Positions 9,841-20,093 of a DNA stretch of 64,000 nt are shown here, in pieces (within the stretch, counting starts at the first letter, position 1; each line of letters begins with the position of its first letter). A program made the translations under genes and the position numbers. A model generated the notes under the pieces. It worked only from the letters and a program-made list of their open reading frames with translations, had not been told where the DNA came from and did not search any database. The DNA is from a virus: IMG/VR virus record IMGVR_UViG_3300029922_000004, one strand, 5' to 3'.

Positions 9841-11484
9841 ATGGCTACCACCAATTTAAATATTTACTACGGCGGAAATCTAATCTCGCCCTCGCCTCTA
9901 ATTAATTTTTCAGAAGAAAATATTTCTTATGGATACGTTTTTGGATATAATCAAAATTTACAAATTCAAGGTCTATACACAGGAATTTCTACTAGTGGAG
10001 CCTGTGTAAATTACCTAACGGGGATTTTCGGGTCGCAGTTCCAAAATTTATTAGTTCAAGATAATTTATCAAATACTCTCTATAATTTCAGTGGGGTGAC
10101 TGTACAGTCTATAGATATAGAGCCTAGCACATTTTTTTCTGGCAGCTTCGTTAAATGGACCGCAAAATTAAAATCCTATTCCGTTCCGTCGGGCGTTTCA
10201 GACATTGAAAATTCTTATAACTACACTCAAAACACTGATAGTACGGTTGATGTAATACATAAAGTCTCTGCTCGCGGCGTCCGAAACTCTAATGGAGCCT
10301 TAAACAATGCTATTTTATTTGTTCAAATGTTCACGGGAACCGACCCATTTTCTGCCTGTGCGCCCTATTTCGTACCCAGCGGTTCTGGGTGCCTCATCTC
10401 CCAAACCGAAAATATAAACCGCATAGATTCAATTTATTCAATAGTTGAAAATTTTCGTTATAACACTGGCTCCTTTGTTCCCTACATCAAAACTACCAGT
10501 CTCGATATTAGTGAGTCAATCAATGACGAATACCGCAATATTGACTACTCGTGCAAAATTCAAGGAAGTCCAATTACAAAAAATTTAAATTCAATAATTA
10601 CAAGTTACCTCAGTTATGGGATGCTTGCAGACATACAGCAGGATTTCGGAATTTCGACGACCGGCTTTGTTAAAAATTCTTACTCGGTCAACGTTGATTC
10701 TGGGGCGGCTTCTGTCGATATTCGCGTGGGATATTTATCGGGAGCTTCTGCATCAGGTTTTTTTGATTACGTCGTAAGTTTGGAGAACGACCACCTTAAC
10801 AATACAGAAAATTGGAAAATAGCGGGAGAATTTACCTGCTTTGGAATGCTAGAGTATAAGTTACAACAACTTAATAACTTCATCTCTATCAATGAGTCTA
10901 ACTCGTGGCATGGATATTTAACGGGGCTTATAGCAGCTTCTCCTATATTCGCGGCTAACCACGATACTGGAAAACTTTTTTCTAATAATCCTAAAGTGGT
11001 CATCGCGACAAATACCGGCCTAGCGACATTGTCACTATCAATGGACTGGGATAATAATTACGAACCAGTGGGGCTTTCCGATTTAACTTATTCTTTGGAG
11101 GCGAGTCCCGCAAGATGGATTTACGAATTACTCCCGGCGGCTTCGATAGAAGGGGAATTTATTATACAGGATTTAAGAACCCAAAGTCAACCCCGCCAAA
11201 AATTCTCTTTAAGTGCTAAAACTTATAATACTTTAAGCGGTTTGAGTCTTTTGAATGGTTATATGAATAATCTGGTTGGGGGATATGTTATTTCGGGAAC
11301 TGAGAATGCGGTTGTTAATTTCCTAACCGATGAAAATATTAACACTGGTATTTATGATGTATCACATGAGCAAACTTGGTTGGGAGAAGACGTAATTAGT
11401 ACTGGTATTCTCTTTTTACAATCCATCGGAAGCAGCACGGCGGCTGTTCCTGCGAGACCCGGAGGATTTTACTGGGGTTATTAA
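9841..11484 (+). CDS. Virion structural protein (tail-tip/baseplate region)
   Basis: 547 aa, composition like the upstream gene, 3-nt gap to it. Confidence 0.55.
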   Translation: MATTNLNIYYGGNLISPSPLINFSEENISYGYVFGYNQNLQIQGLYTGISTSGACVNYLTGIFGSQFQNLLVQDNLSNTLYNFSGVTVQSIDIEPSTFFSGSFVKWTAKLKSYSVPSGVSDIENSYNYTQNTDSTVDVIHKVSARGVRNSNGALNNAILFVQMFTGTDPFSACAPYFVPSGSGCLISQTENINRIDSIYSIVENFRYNTGSFVPYIKTTSLDISESINDEYRNIDYSCKIQGSPITKNLNSIITSYLSYGMLADIQQDFGISTTGFVKNSYSVNVDSGAASVDIRVGYLSGASASGFFDYVVSLENDHLNNTENWKIAGEFTCFGMLEYKLQQLNNFISINESNSWHGYLTGLIAASPIFAANHDTGKLFSNNPKVVIATNTGLATLSLSMDWDNNYEPVGLSDLTYSLEASPARWIYELLPAASIEGEFIIQDLRTQSQPRQKFSLSAKTYNTLSGLSLLNGYMNNLVGGYVISGTENAVVNFLTDENINTGIYDVSHEQTWLGEDVISTGILFLQSIGSSTAAVPARPGGFYWGY

Positions 11485-11486
11485 TT

Positions 11487-13199
11487 ATGAACGTGCCAAG
11501 TTTTTTATCATGCTTATCATTAACCGGCTTCCAAACCGGGGCGAATTTGCTTGGCTTATATTCAATGCAGAGCGGCACCAATTTGGTAATATTTAACCAA
11601 ATCTTTCCAACGGGTTCATCGGTTATAAGTGGTCTTCCTTACGATGGCGCATTACCCTTGGTGTTTAACGGAAGTGGAAACCAAACCAGCGGATTACTCA
11701 GCGGTAACAACTTTTATCAACTCAGCTACGAATTTAATACAAATTTTAGTTCAATAATTTATCTAAACTATTCTGGCTGTAATTATAGTGGTAATAAGAA
11801 TCTTCTCCTAGTCTCTACTACAACTAATCCCAGTGGTAATTCTAACTCGGTCTACTTGGGTATAACTCCCTCTAACAGGTTATTCATCAATGCCCCGAAT
11901 TACAGTTCGACTATCCCCCGAGAAATTGGAGTGAGTGATTTTGTTTATCTCGGCGTGAATAATAATCAATTCGTCAATTATGGACTATTCTCCATTGCGG
12001 ACAACTATTTCTACGGCGATTCCTATGATGCTGGTGCGCCGACATTAAACATACAGGACTTATCATTCGGCGGGGCGTTAAACTTTCCACCAATGTTCAC
12101 GGGGTATTCTGGAGTTATTAAGGAAATTTATTTATTCAGCGGCGGGCTGCAAAGTAGTTCTATTAACAACTGCGTAGGGTGTGCGTTTGCCACGGGTATA
12201 ACAATTACTTCTGGGCAACTAACATATACTGGTCTACAAATTACGGGGTCTCTATGGAGCGGAGTTTCAGTGGTTAGTGTAACTGGGCAGACTTTGGCAT
12301 TAGTCCCTTATTTAACCCAAACTGGTACAGGATATGTCTACGCTAACTCTGGATTGTCCGGTATGGTCACAAATTATCAGTCATTAGTGCCTCTTACTCA
12401 AAATATTCCTTACTCGGTGAACTATTCTGGTCAATCCGTACTATTTAACAATTCCGCGAAAATCAGTGGATTACTTTACGATATTTACTTTACTCAGGGA
12501 TTAGCTTCTGGTGACGTTTGTGAGATTTATAGTTATAGCACTCCTAATTATCAGATAGGACTTCCTATTAGTAATTTTCAATTCCCTAGTTCTAATCAAG
12601 TTGTTCAAATCTATGGTAACGGATTAGCCGAGACACAAAATATAGACTATAGGGTTGCATTTAATAATTTAATGGTTGGGTTTGATGGAAGCGACGTTTT
12701 ACAATATGACGTATACCCCTCCACCTATACAATGCCTTATGCTACGGGCTATATCCAAACCGGGGTGACTGGTAGTAATTTTGTTCAGATTACCGGAGTC
12801 AGCGGGCTTAACATTTCAGGTTTCCAGTTTTCGTTCTATCTTAATGGACAAAAGATGCCATCCGGCGTTAATTATTCAATCTCCGGCGCGGGGATAGTTG
12901 TTTCGGGGAATGATTTGAGTGATATCAACGATTCCGGCGCGGATTATCTTGAGGCGAAGTTCATCCCCATCTATCCAAACACAACGGACACCGTTTACAC
13001 GATTACCCAGAGCGGAAATTATATCAGTGGCACATCTCCATACAATATTAGCGTGTGGTGGAATGGCCTTAGACTATTTGAAGGAATTGATTATTTTGTG
13101 AATGCACGATGCTCGTTCTGTTCTGGCAATTTTAACTCACCCAATTATCCCTTCTCACTCTATAATAGTAGTCTAGACACAATCAATTTATTTAATTAA
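11487..13199 (+). CDS. Virion structural protein, (S/T)-G rich
   Basis: 570 aa with about 40 SG/TG dipeptides by manual count; sits in the tail operon. Confidence 0.55.
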   Translation: MNVPSFLSCLSLTGFQTGANLLGLYSMQSGTNLVIFNQIFPTGSSVISGLPYDGALPLVFNGSGNQTSGLLSGNNFYQLSYEFNTNFSSIIYLNYSGCNYSGNKNLLLVSTTTNPSGNSNSVYLGITPSNRLFINAPNYSSTIPREIGVSDFVYLGVNNNQFVNYGLFSIADNYFYGDSYDAGAPTLNIQDLSFGGALNFPPMFTGYSGVIKEIYLFSGGLQSSSINNCVGCAFATGITITSGQLTYTGLQITGSLWSGVSVVSVTGQTLALVPYLTQTGTGYVYANSGLSGMVTNYQSLVPLTQNIPYSVNYSGQSVLFNNSAKISGLLYDIYFTQGLASGDVCEIYSYSTPNYQIGLPISNFQFPSSNQVVQIYGNGLAETQNIDYRVAFNNLMVGFDGSDVLQYDVYPSTYTMPYATGYIQTGVTGSNFVQITGVSGLNISGFQFSFYLNGQKMPSGVNYSISGAGIVVSGNDLSDINDSGADYLEAKFIPIYPNTTDTVYTITQSGNYISGTSPYNISVWWNGLRLFEGIDYFVNARCSFCSGNFNSPNYPFSLYNSSLDTINLFN

Positions 13200-13204
13200 A
13201 AATC

Positions 13205-16200
13205 ATGTCAATCCAAATTTTAAAGGGTATTTCTATCATACCTCAGGGCAGCAACAATCGTTTTGTTTCTCAAGCATGGGTTCCAAATTATGGGTTCGGG
13301 GGCTGGACCTATAACGTTTCTGCTGATTTGAGCTACTCAGAAAAGCCCAGCGAAGTAAAAATAAGTTTCGTCCTTGAAACTTCTACCTTCTCTCAATCGG
13401 CGTCTACTTTTGATATTACTCAGGCTGATTTAAATTGTAGCGCAGGTGCGGGCGGTCTTGCGAATGAATCTTGGTATGATTTACAGCTTGACGGCATCAC
13501 CCTCTATAACATGCTCCTATACTCCTACCAGACTAGAATAGAGGCTGGGCAGAAAGTTCTGGATGTAGTCTTTAAGGATTATTCGATTATCTTGGATAAA
13601 ATTTACGTAGGGCTATTTAAGAAGCAGGGATACTTATATCCCCATTTAGTAAACTCTATTTTGGAACTACCTATACGCTGCGCCTCGTGCGAGTATACGG
13701 GTGACGCGATTACTGGAACCGGTTTTGCAACAAGAGATATAGGATTCGGATGTTATATAGGTTCAAACGGTAATACTTATGACTTATTTGAAAACTCATA
13801 CTATACACAGGAGAGTGTATTCCAAGAGTGGCAAGACAACGTCATTAATAATTCTGGTCAGATTAGTCAGCTAGATTTAAATGGAGGTTATATTATTCTA
13901 GGAACCGAAGCTGCAACGGAGGAACGCTGCAACTCAGCGCCCAACATAACCTATTCATTTACTGAACTAATTTGTGCTTTAAGAAAAGGCGGATTAAACT
14001 TCTCCGGCTCTTTTCCGTATGGAACCGGCGACTCTGATTATGTCTATCGCAACAATCATAATGGAAGTTTGCGTGAGGTATTGCAGAATTGGGCGAGCGA
14101 CCTAGGCTATACTTTCTATTGTAGCGGTCGGACCTTTATGGGAATTAACCTCCAAAATCCAATCGACATTTCCGCAATAGCTCAAATCGGCGACCCGAAT
14201 AGTTCAGTTGGGCAATATTTTGAAATTAATGCGGCGTCCGGTAACTCCGCGATTTTGAACTTAAACTTAAGCGCATCTCTTGATAATACTTTCATGCAGT
14301 CTGTAGTCGTCGATAACAGTTACCCCATTACCCAAAAGGATATTTCTAAGAGCGTTAAAAAATATGTCGGTATAACGCCTCTTCATCCTATCGCTCTAAA
14401 CCAAATCTCAAGCGGTATTATCAATGACACAAATCTATATGGTACTAGCTTCTCCCGCAGAGCGTTTGAAACTCCTTGGTTTGACGCCGGACAGTTTAAC
14501 CAAAGTTACTTTGCAACTTTTGGTAGACTGGACGGAAGAAGTTATTCCGACGTTGACGCGGCTATTGCTCTATCAAATTATAACGACGCTTTGAGAGATA
14601 TATTCGTTGCTCAAAGAGCATTAAACAATGTTGGGTCTTTCGGCGGGGTATTGTCTAATACCGTACAAAATAACGCTGTTGTGGGTTCTGGATGCTTGAC
14701 TAATCCTTATTGCCTTTCCAATTTTGCGGCGCTAGGTATGTTCCCCTTAATGGAGATTACTGGCAGTGCTACGAAAGCTGGAATCATACGTGATAATTTC
14801 ACCAATGCCGATAAGAACAATATTTCTAATTTAAACATAGACCAGCAATTTTTTAGAGTCTTTATTGGTTATTATTGTGATGATTTAAAAGGTTCTATTG
14901 TAGAGTGGGAAAAAGCGGCGGCTAATGCAATGTATAAGTATGGTGTTGTTACCAAGGGGATTTTGACAGAGGAGCCATTTGTCCCGCCGAATTTACTGAC
15001 CGATATTTGCCCGACGGCGGGTTTTTTTGGATTAGATGGCCTAATCTATACGCGAGTCACGAATACTTTCACCCCCAACACTGAAAGATACGCGGCTGTT
15101 CAGTATACCCCATTTGCGGACGCCCTGCTTTACTCCGGCTACGTTTCAAGCAACGCCCAAGGTTCATATTACAACAATAACAACCAATACAATCCATTTA
15201 TCCCGCCGGGTTATTCTGATTATCCGGGGAGATTGCCTACTGGTTTATGGGTGTCAACTCTTGACAATTCTTGGGGGACCTTACCAATTGACTTCGCGCG
15301 GTCATTATCATTTAATCTAGATGACCCATGTGCCGACCAGTATTCTTTGAGCGAGGGAGTTCAAAACTTGTTGTCTAATAGCGAACAAACTTTGCAAGAT
15401 TGGAAAATTGAATATTTTAAACCAATAGTAAATTCAGACCTATCTACCATCTCAAATTATATACAAAGCAATACTGAAAACTTTAGCGGTACCTTGGATG
15501 AAACCATTAGCACTTATATTAACCTTAATTACATCAAAAAGAAAGACTGTAAAAAACTTTCTCTTTTTATAATTCCCGATACTACTGGCCATCCTAACGT
15601 TCAGATTAATTTTACTCCAATGCCGGTCAATAAAATTAATAAAGTAGTTTTGGGAGCGTTCAAGCAAAAGTTATATGAGGCTGATTTAAGGAAGAACACG
15701 ACGGAGACTCCTAGCATATGTTCAATCTCGCTATTAGACGAGATGTGTCGTAATATTCTCTCGGGCGCTAATGGTTTTGATGCTCAATTTAATCCGCCGC
15801 TTACTAATCAACAAGTGGGCTGCGTAATCATGGAAGATAAAAATAATTACATGTTGGAAGGTTTTGAAAGCGGGATATTATTTGCCCCTAACGCAAGAAG
15901 CCTTGATATCTCTATCACCAAAAATCCTAACAACACTCCTTATCCGACTCTGGATAACAATGGTGACTATTATTACAGTGATTTAAACATCGGTAGTTTA
16001 ATTCTTAATACATCACAAGTCAATACCTCAATCGTTTACCCAATTCAATCTTTTCCTAATAGTTACTCCAATTATTCGGGGATTCTACAATCTGATATAA
16101 CGACTGAATATAGATTGCCCGCGTTCGCACAAGTATTTGGAACGCCGGTAAATATCATCAACAATAACACTTCCTCATTTAAGCTTGTAATGAACACGGT

Positions 16201-16573
16201 GGATAGTACACTTGACCCGCAATTAGACCCCCTCACGACCGAAGTAAAGTCTTATATCACAGTGTTGGATGGAAGCGGCAATAGCATCATTAAAACGCCG
16301 CAGGAATATTACAATTACGTCCAGAATTTAAATAATTATAATTTAACCACACCAACTAAAGAGGTTTCTCTTACCTTGGCTGGGCCTCCAAGTCAATTCG
16401 GCGGGTTTACTCAATACCTTACTCCGGGGTCTGGATTGCAGCAGTTTAAGTTGAGTATCACTGACAATGGGGTAAAGACCGATTTGGTGTTTGCAGACCG
16501 CCCAAAAGTTCTTCCGAAACAAGAAGCTCTACTAAATAAAATTGGCCCACGAATCAAGGGAAACTACAACTAA
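13205..16573 (+). CDS. Large virion protein, possibly baseplate hub-like
   Basis: 1122 aa in the tail operon. Segments such as VLDVVFKDYSIILDK and GSLREVLQNWASDLGYTF are reminiscent of hub proteins. The hub assignment is inference. Confidence 0.45.
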   Translation: MSIQILKGISIIPQGSNNRFVSQAWVPNYGFGGWTYNVSADLSYSEKPSEVKISFVLETSTFSQSASTFDITQADLNCSAGAGGLANESWYDLQLDGITLYNMLLYSYQTRIEAGQKVLDVVFKDYSIILDKIYVGLFKKQGYLYPHLVNSILELPIRCASCEYTGDAITGTGFATRDIGFGCYIGSNGNTYDLFENSYYTQESVFQEWQDNVINNSGQISQLDLNGGYIILGTEAATEERCNSAPNITYSFTELICALRKGGLNFSGSFPYGTGDSDYVYRNNHNGSLREVLQNWASDLGYTFYCSGRTFMGINLQNPIDISAIAQIGDPNSSVGQYFEINAASGNSAILNLNLSASLDNTFMQSVVVDNSYPITQKDISKSVKKYVGITPLHPIALNQISSGIINDTNLYGTSFSRRAFETPWFDAGQFNQSYFATFGRLDGRSYSDVDAAIALSNYNDALRDIFVAQRALNNVGSFGGVLSNTVQNNAVVGSGCLTNPYCLSNFAALGMFPLMEITGSATKAGIIRDNFTNADKNNISNLNIDQQFFRVFIGYYCDDLKGSIVEWEKAAANAMYKYGVVTKGILTEEPFVPPNLLTDICPTAGFFGLDGLIYTRVTNTFTPNTERYAAVQYTPFADALLYSGYVSSNAQGSYYNNNNQYNPFIPPGYSDYPGRLPTGLWVSTLDNSWGTLPIDFARSLSFNLDDPCADQYSLSEGVQNLLSNSEQTLQDWKIEYFKPIVNSDLSTISNYIQSNTENFSGTLDETISTYINLNYIKKKDCKKLSLFIIPDTTGHPNVQINFTPMPVNKINKVVLGAFKQKLYEADLRKNTTETPSICSISLLDEMCRNILSGANGFDAQFNPPLTNQQVGCVIMEDKNNYMLEGFESGILFAPNARSLDISITKNPNNTPYPTLDNNGDYYYSDLNIGSLILNTSQVNTSIVYPIQSFPNSYSNYSGILQSDITTEYRLPAFAQVFGTPVNIINNNTSSFKLVMNTVDSTLDPQLDPLTTEVKSYITVLDGSGNSIIKTPQEYYNYVQNLNNYNLTTPTKEVSLTLAGPPSQFGGFTQYLTPGSGLQQFKLSITDNGVKTDLVFADRPKVLPKQEALLNKIGPRIKGNYN

Positions 16574-16579
16574 GGGCTA

Positions 16580-16586
16580 GTGTAAT
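16580..16586 (+). promoter_or_regulatory. GTGTAAT box (putative late promoter)
   Basis: 7 nt before the ATG at 16594. Confidence 0.6.
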
Positions 16587-16593
16587 TAAAGTT

Positions 16594-18495
16594 ATGGTAT
16601 TTACCGGCACAAGTAGTTTAAATTTGCCACAGGTTAGTCAATTTAGTTTTTTGATTACCGGCATAAGGATTTCTGATACTGGTCTAATGAACATAAGTTT
16701 TTTGGACACTGGCAGCGGACAATTTTCTTTCGCTTTCTCCGGCGGGTATGTCATCAACAATAAAATCATCTCCACTTACAACACCATCCAAGAAACCAAC
16801 ATCGCGGGATATGTTTCCGGCGGTCAGTTAAGTTATCAGATTAATGGTATAACAAATCAAAATTCCATTGCTTTTTCTACATTGGATACTTTTGAGATTC
16901 AGGCTAATAATTCAACAATGACTTGTGACGCAATATTCTCAGCTAACAACATCAACTACTCCCTAAGTTTTCTCCCTAATTATAACTGTTACGGAATTCT
17001 GACGGGGACACTTACGACTGATACCGCGTTTTATTTAGACAATTACTCTTTTGTATTCGGTAATACTAATCAGCAGATTCTCACAGGAAATTATTCTGGA
17101 GCGTTGATGAACAGCGGCGTTAATACTTTACAATTCCAAGACATAGACTACGTTTTGATGGAGTATACTAATCCTTTTACCTTATCTCTAACTACAACCT
17201 TCGGAGAAATCAATGAAAGTTTCGTTACGCAAAGAACTGGAGTCACCAACCAAAACATACTTTTTATAGCAGATTATGAGACCAACGACTATGCTCAATA
17301 CTCGTTGTTTAATGGATATTGGAGTGGAAATTCATTTACCTATGTTGATAATTATTTAGATTATAATTTGGGGTATAATTTTGGAAACACAGATTATGTT
17401 GGCGATGATTTGTCTGGTGTTTTAACCGTGGCTTTTCAACCAATATCGCCGCTTAATAATTCTGGATATACCGCGAGTTATATTACTGGATTTAACCTAG
17501 TCAGCGGCGGGACTTATAGCGGAGTGCCAAGCATTGCGTTTTCACAATATTACTACGTCACTGGCATTCAAAATGCGATACAAAGTTTCCTGTTTAGCAC
17601 GGGCTGCGTTAATTCGATATCCGTAACCTTTAGCGGTGGCTGCCCCACTTCGGGAGCAAGCGGAAGTCTTATTTTGAAACCAGTTACTTTAAGTGGTATT
17701 TATAACACGGGATTGGCTAAATTCAATATCGTCAGCGGATATTCTGAAATTAGCAATGGGTATGCTTATCAAGCAATTCCGTCGTTTGTTCTGGCAACGG
17801 GGGGCGGTTGCTATAGCGTTCCAGACGCTTCCGGTTCTACGGCCCAGTTTAAGCCCGCAATCGGTCTGGGTGCGGTTTATAGTTTAGCGGCGGGATTGAC
17901 GGGTATTGCATTAACAAGCTCTAAAACGGGCATCAGCGGCGTAATTACGGGGTATTCTGTGACTGGACTAGAGGTGACAAACATCGGATTCGGTTACAAT
18001 ACGACTTTCCCGCCGAATATCCAGTTTATTAGACAAAACGGGGACTCCAACCATAGCAATGCGAGTGGTAATTTCACCTATAAAACCACGGGAAACTACA
18101 ACTTTACAGGCTTTTGGGGCGTTCAATATAACCTAAATTCAGTGGGATATCAGAATCTTAGCGGCTATAATGGCTACTATTCCGGTCAAATCCCATTTTT
18201 TGGTGAGAATAGCGTGACTTTATCGTTATCGTGTTCTGGCTTGGATAATACTTCGGCGGTGTCTGGGATGCTAACTTTATCGTTATCGGGGAATGGAGAT
18301 ATAATGACCGAGCAAAAATACGTTTTTCAATCAAGAACATTCAACTTAAATACTGGTGCTTTAGCCCCCAATTCATATCCGGTGAATAATTTTTATCCAT
18401 TGCCGGATTTATCAAATTTATTTGATGAAAGTCAAAACGATTTGGAATATCAGGCCAATTTCGGCGGCGGGGATAATAACATAATCAATTTCTAA
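16594..18495 (+). CDS. Virion structural protein, (S/T)-G rich
   Basis: 633 aa; about 42 of about 72 Gly are preceded by Ser or Thr (manual count). Confidence 0.55.
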   Translation: MVFTGTSSLNLPQVSQFSFLITGIRISDTGLMNISFLDTGSGQFSFAFSGGYVINNKIISTYNTIQETNIAGYVSGGQLSYQINGITNQNSIAFSTLDTFEIQANNSTMTCDAIFSANNINYSLSFLPNYNCYGILTGTLTTDTAFYLDNYSFVFGNTNQQILTGNYSGALMNSGVNTLQFQDIDYVLMEYTNPFTLSLTTTFGEINESFVTQRTGVTNQNILFIADYETNDYAQYSLFNGYWSGNSFTYVDNYLDYNLGYNFGNTDYVGDDLSGVLTVAFQPISPLNNSGYTASYITGFNLVSGGTYSGVPSIAFSQYYYVTGIQNAIQSFLFSTGCVNSISVTFSGGCPTSGASGSLILKPVTLSGIYNTGLAKFNIVSGYSEISNGYAYQAIPSFVLATGGGCYSVPDASGSTAQFKPAIGLGAVYSLAAGLTGIALTSSKTGISGVITGYSVTGLEVTNIGFGYNTTFPPNIQFIRQNGDSNHSNASGNFTYKTTGNYNFTGFWGVQYNLNSVGYQNLSGYNGYYSGQIPFFGENSVTLSLSCSGLDNTSAVSGMLTLSLSGNGDIMTEQKYVFQSRTFNLNTGALAPNSYPVNNFYPLPDLSNLFDESQNDLEYQANFGGGDNNIINF

Positions 18496-18496
18496 A

Positions 18497-19504
18497 ATGC
18501 CATCTAACAATCCAACTATGGGGTATATTAGTGCTACTAATACGAACACCAAAAACGAGGGTGAAGTATTTGATGCGACAGTCATTGCCAACTACGGAGA
18601 CCCCGGACTTGACGAAGATTATCAGTTTGACTTACTCAGCCGTTATGTAATTTGTATGATTGAGTCGTCTAATCGCGTAGTAACAACAAATCAATTTCAA
18701 AACATGATTGTCGCGGTGAAGAGACCCTATTCGTTGTGGGTAGATTATCAAGGGGGAATGGCGGCTTCTCCAAACGCCCAGCAGCGCATCGATAAACAGT
18801 TAAATTCAAATCTGGGGCCAGCCTCCAATTATACCACTAACAATATCCCGCGCATTAATTACCCTTATAATTTAGGCGACAAAATTAAAATTAAGTTAAT
18901 TAAAAATCAACAATACCATTATATCCTCAATGGGGATACCTTCTTTCAATCGGTGGCGGTATATAACACGCCCGGACAGACTCCTAACTACTGGGGAAGT
19001 CCTAGTGTCGCAGCTACAGAATATTATCAGAGTTGGCACACGCAGGGATTGAACAGCAACGTCTATATTACTAATGGAAACGCGGTTCCGAATTTTCAAT
19101 ATAATCTACAGCAAAAAACCATTACGCCGCTAGGAAAGGGTCCACAGAATAATTTTAATTTACCTAATGGATTCTATTATCCTTGCTTGAATAAGATGCA
19201 GTATGAGGCGTTTGTTTTACAATTATATCCCGCGCAAGCACCGGCCTTAGTATCGCTATTTCAAAATCAATCCAACGCGGGCTACTATTACAATTCAAAT
19301 GGGGGATATGTTTACAAAAATTTATTTACACAGAATATTTTTACGGTGAAGTATGAAGATATTAACGGAGGATTAAAAGCGCGAGTAGGAAATAATCAAT
19401 GTATACCGCTTGTGGTGACAAGCCCAAATTCTTTTGTAGTACCCGCTTCAAGGTCAACCGGGACTGTAAATTATAATCCGAGCGTGATTACGAAGGCGAA
19501 TTAA
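18497..19504 (+). CDS. Putative virion protein, last gene of the tail operon
   Basis: 335 aa, Asn/Gln/Tyr-rich, 1-nt gap to the upstream gene. Overlaps the convergent YopX gene by 17 bp. Confidence 0.45.
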   Translation: MPSNNPTMGYISATNTNTKNEGEVFDATVIANYGDPGLDEDYQFDLLSRYVICMIESSNRVVTTNQFQNMIVAVKRPYSLWVDYQGGMAASPNAQQRIDKQLNSNLGPASNYTTNNIPRINYPYNLGDKIKIKLIKNQQYHYILNGDTFFQSVAVYNTPGQTPNYWGSPSVAATEYYQSWHTQGLNSNVYITNGNAVPNFQYNLQQKTITPLGKGPQNNFNLPNGFYYPCLNKMQYEAFVLQLYPAQAPALVSLFQNQSNAGYYYNSNGGYVYKNLFTQNIFTVKYEDINGGLKARVGNNQCIPLVVTSPNSFVVPASRSTGTVNYNPSVITKAN

Positions 19505-19910
19505 GTAGTTCAGGATTTTCGAAGATGTTGCCGACGATTTCTCCCTCGACTCTATTTTCCGATAAGTCGCAAGATATAAAATCATAAAGTGGGTCTGGAC
19601 TTTTACCGTCTAACCAAAAGCAACCATCTCGGTAAGTAATTTCGCTCAATTCCCATTCTGGATTTTCAGGATTATCATCAATACAAATTTTTACAATATC
19701 TCCTTCATATAAGTCTTTCCCATTACCGTCTTTGAGACCGGTGAATTGTTGGAGAATATATAGGTTCTTATCTACTAACTGAAGGTCGGTATTCCAATCT
19801 CTGGTTTCTACAAAATACAACTCTCCATCAAAATTAATAATCCATTCTTCTTTTGATAGAAAGCAATTTAATTCTTTGTGCCAAACACGAAATTTAATTT
19901 CTCTATTCAT
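19488..19910 (-). CDS. YopX family protein
   Basis: MNREIKFRVW...LQQFTGLKDGNGKDLYEGDIV...EIVGNIFENPELL. ATG at 19910 overlaps the upstream stop (TAATG). Confidence 0.9.
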   Translation of the reverse strand: MNREIKFRVWHKELNCFLSKEEWIINFDGELYFVETRDWNTDLQLVDKNLYILQQFTGLKDGNGKDLYEGDIVKICIDDNPENPEWELSEITYRDGCFWLDGKSPDPLYDFISCDLSENRVEGEIVGNIFENPELLNSPS

Positions 19911-20092
19911 TATTCTCCTCTGTAATCGAATTCTAAGCCTTCCCAATAATTGTTGGATGAGCGATGTCTATAGGGTTGGATTTCTCCGTCAAAAATTTTC
20001 ATATTGATATATGTAGTCGTCTTTTCCTTTTGCAAGTCGAGGCTTTTTAAGACAATATCTATCACCTCTTCTTTTGTTAGTTTGATTTTCAT
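19910..20092 (-). CDS. Hypothetical protein
   Basis: 60 aa, tightly packed between co-oriented genes. Confidence 0.6.
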   Translation of the reverse strand: MKIKLTKEEVIDIVLKSLDLQKEKTTTYINMKIFDGEIQPYRHRSSNNYWEGLEFDYRGE

Positions 20093-20093
20093 A

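Noticed and set aside
18217-18288. 15-nt direct repeat ACTTTATCGTTATCG (18217 and 18274)
   Set aside because: Only two copies, both encoding TLSLS in frame. A local duplication; no reverse transcriptase or template/variable-repeat pattern to suggest a DGR.
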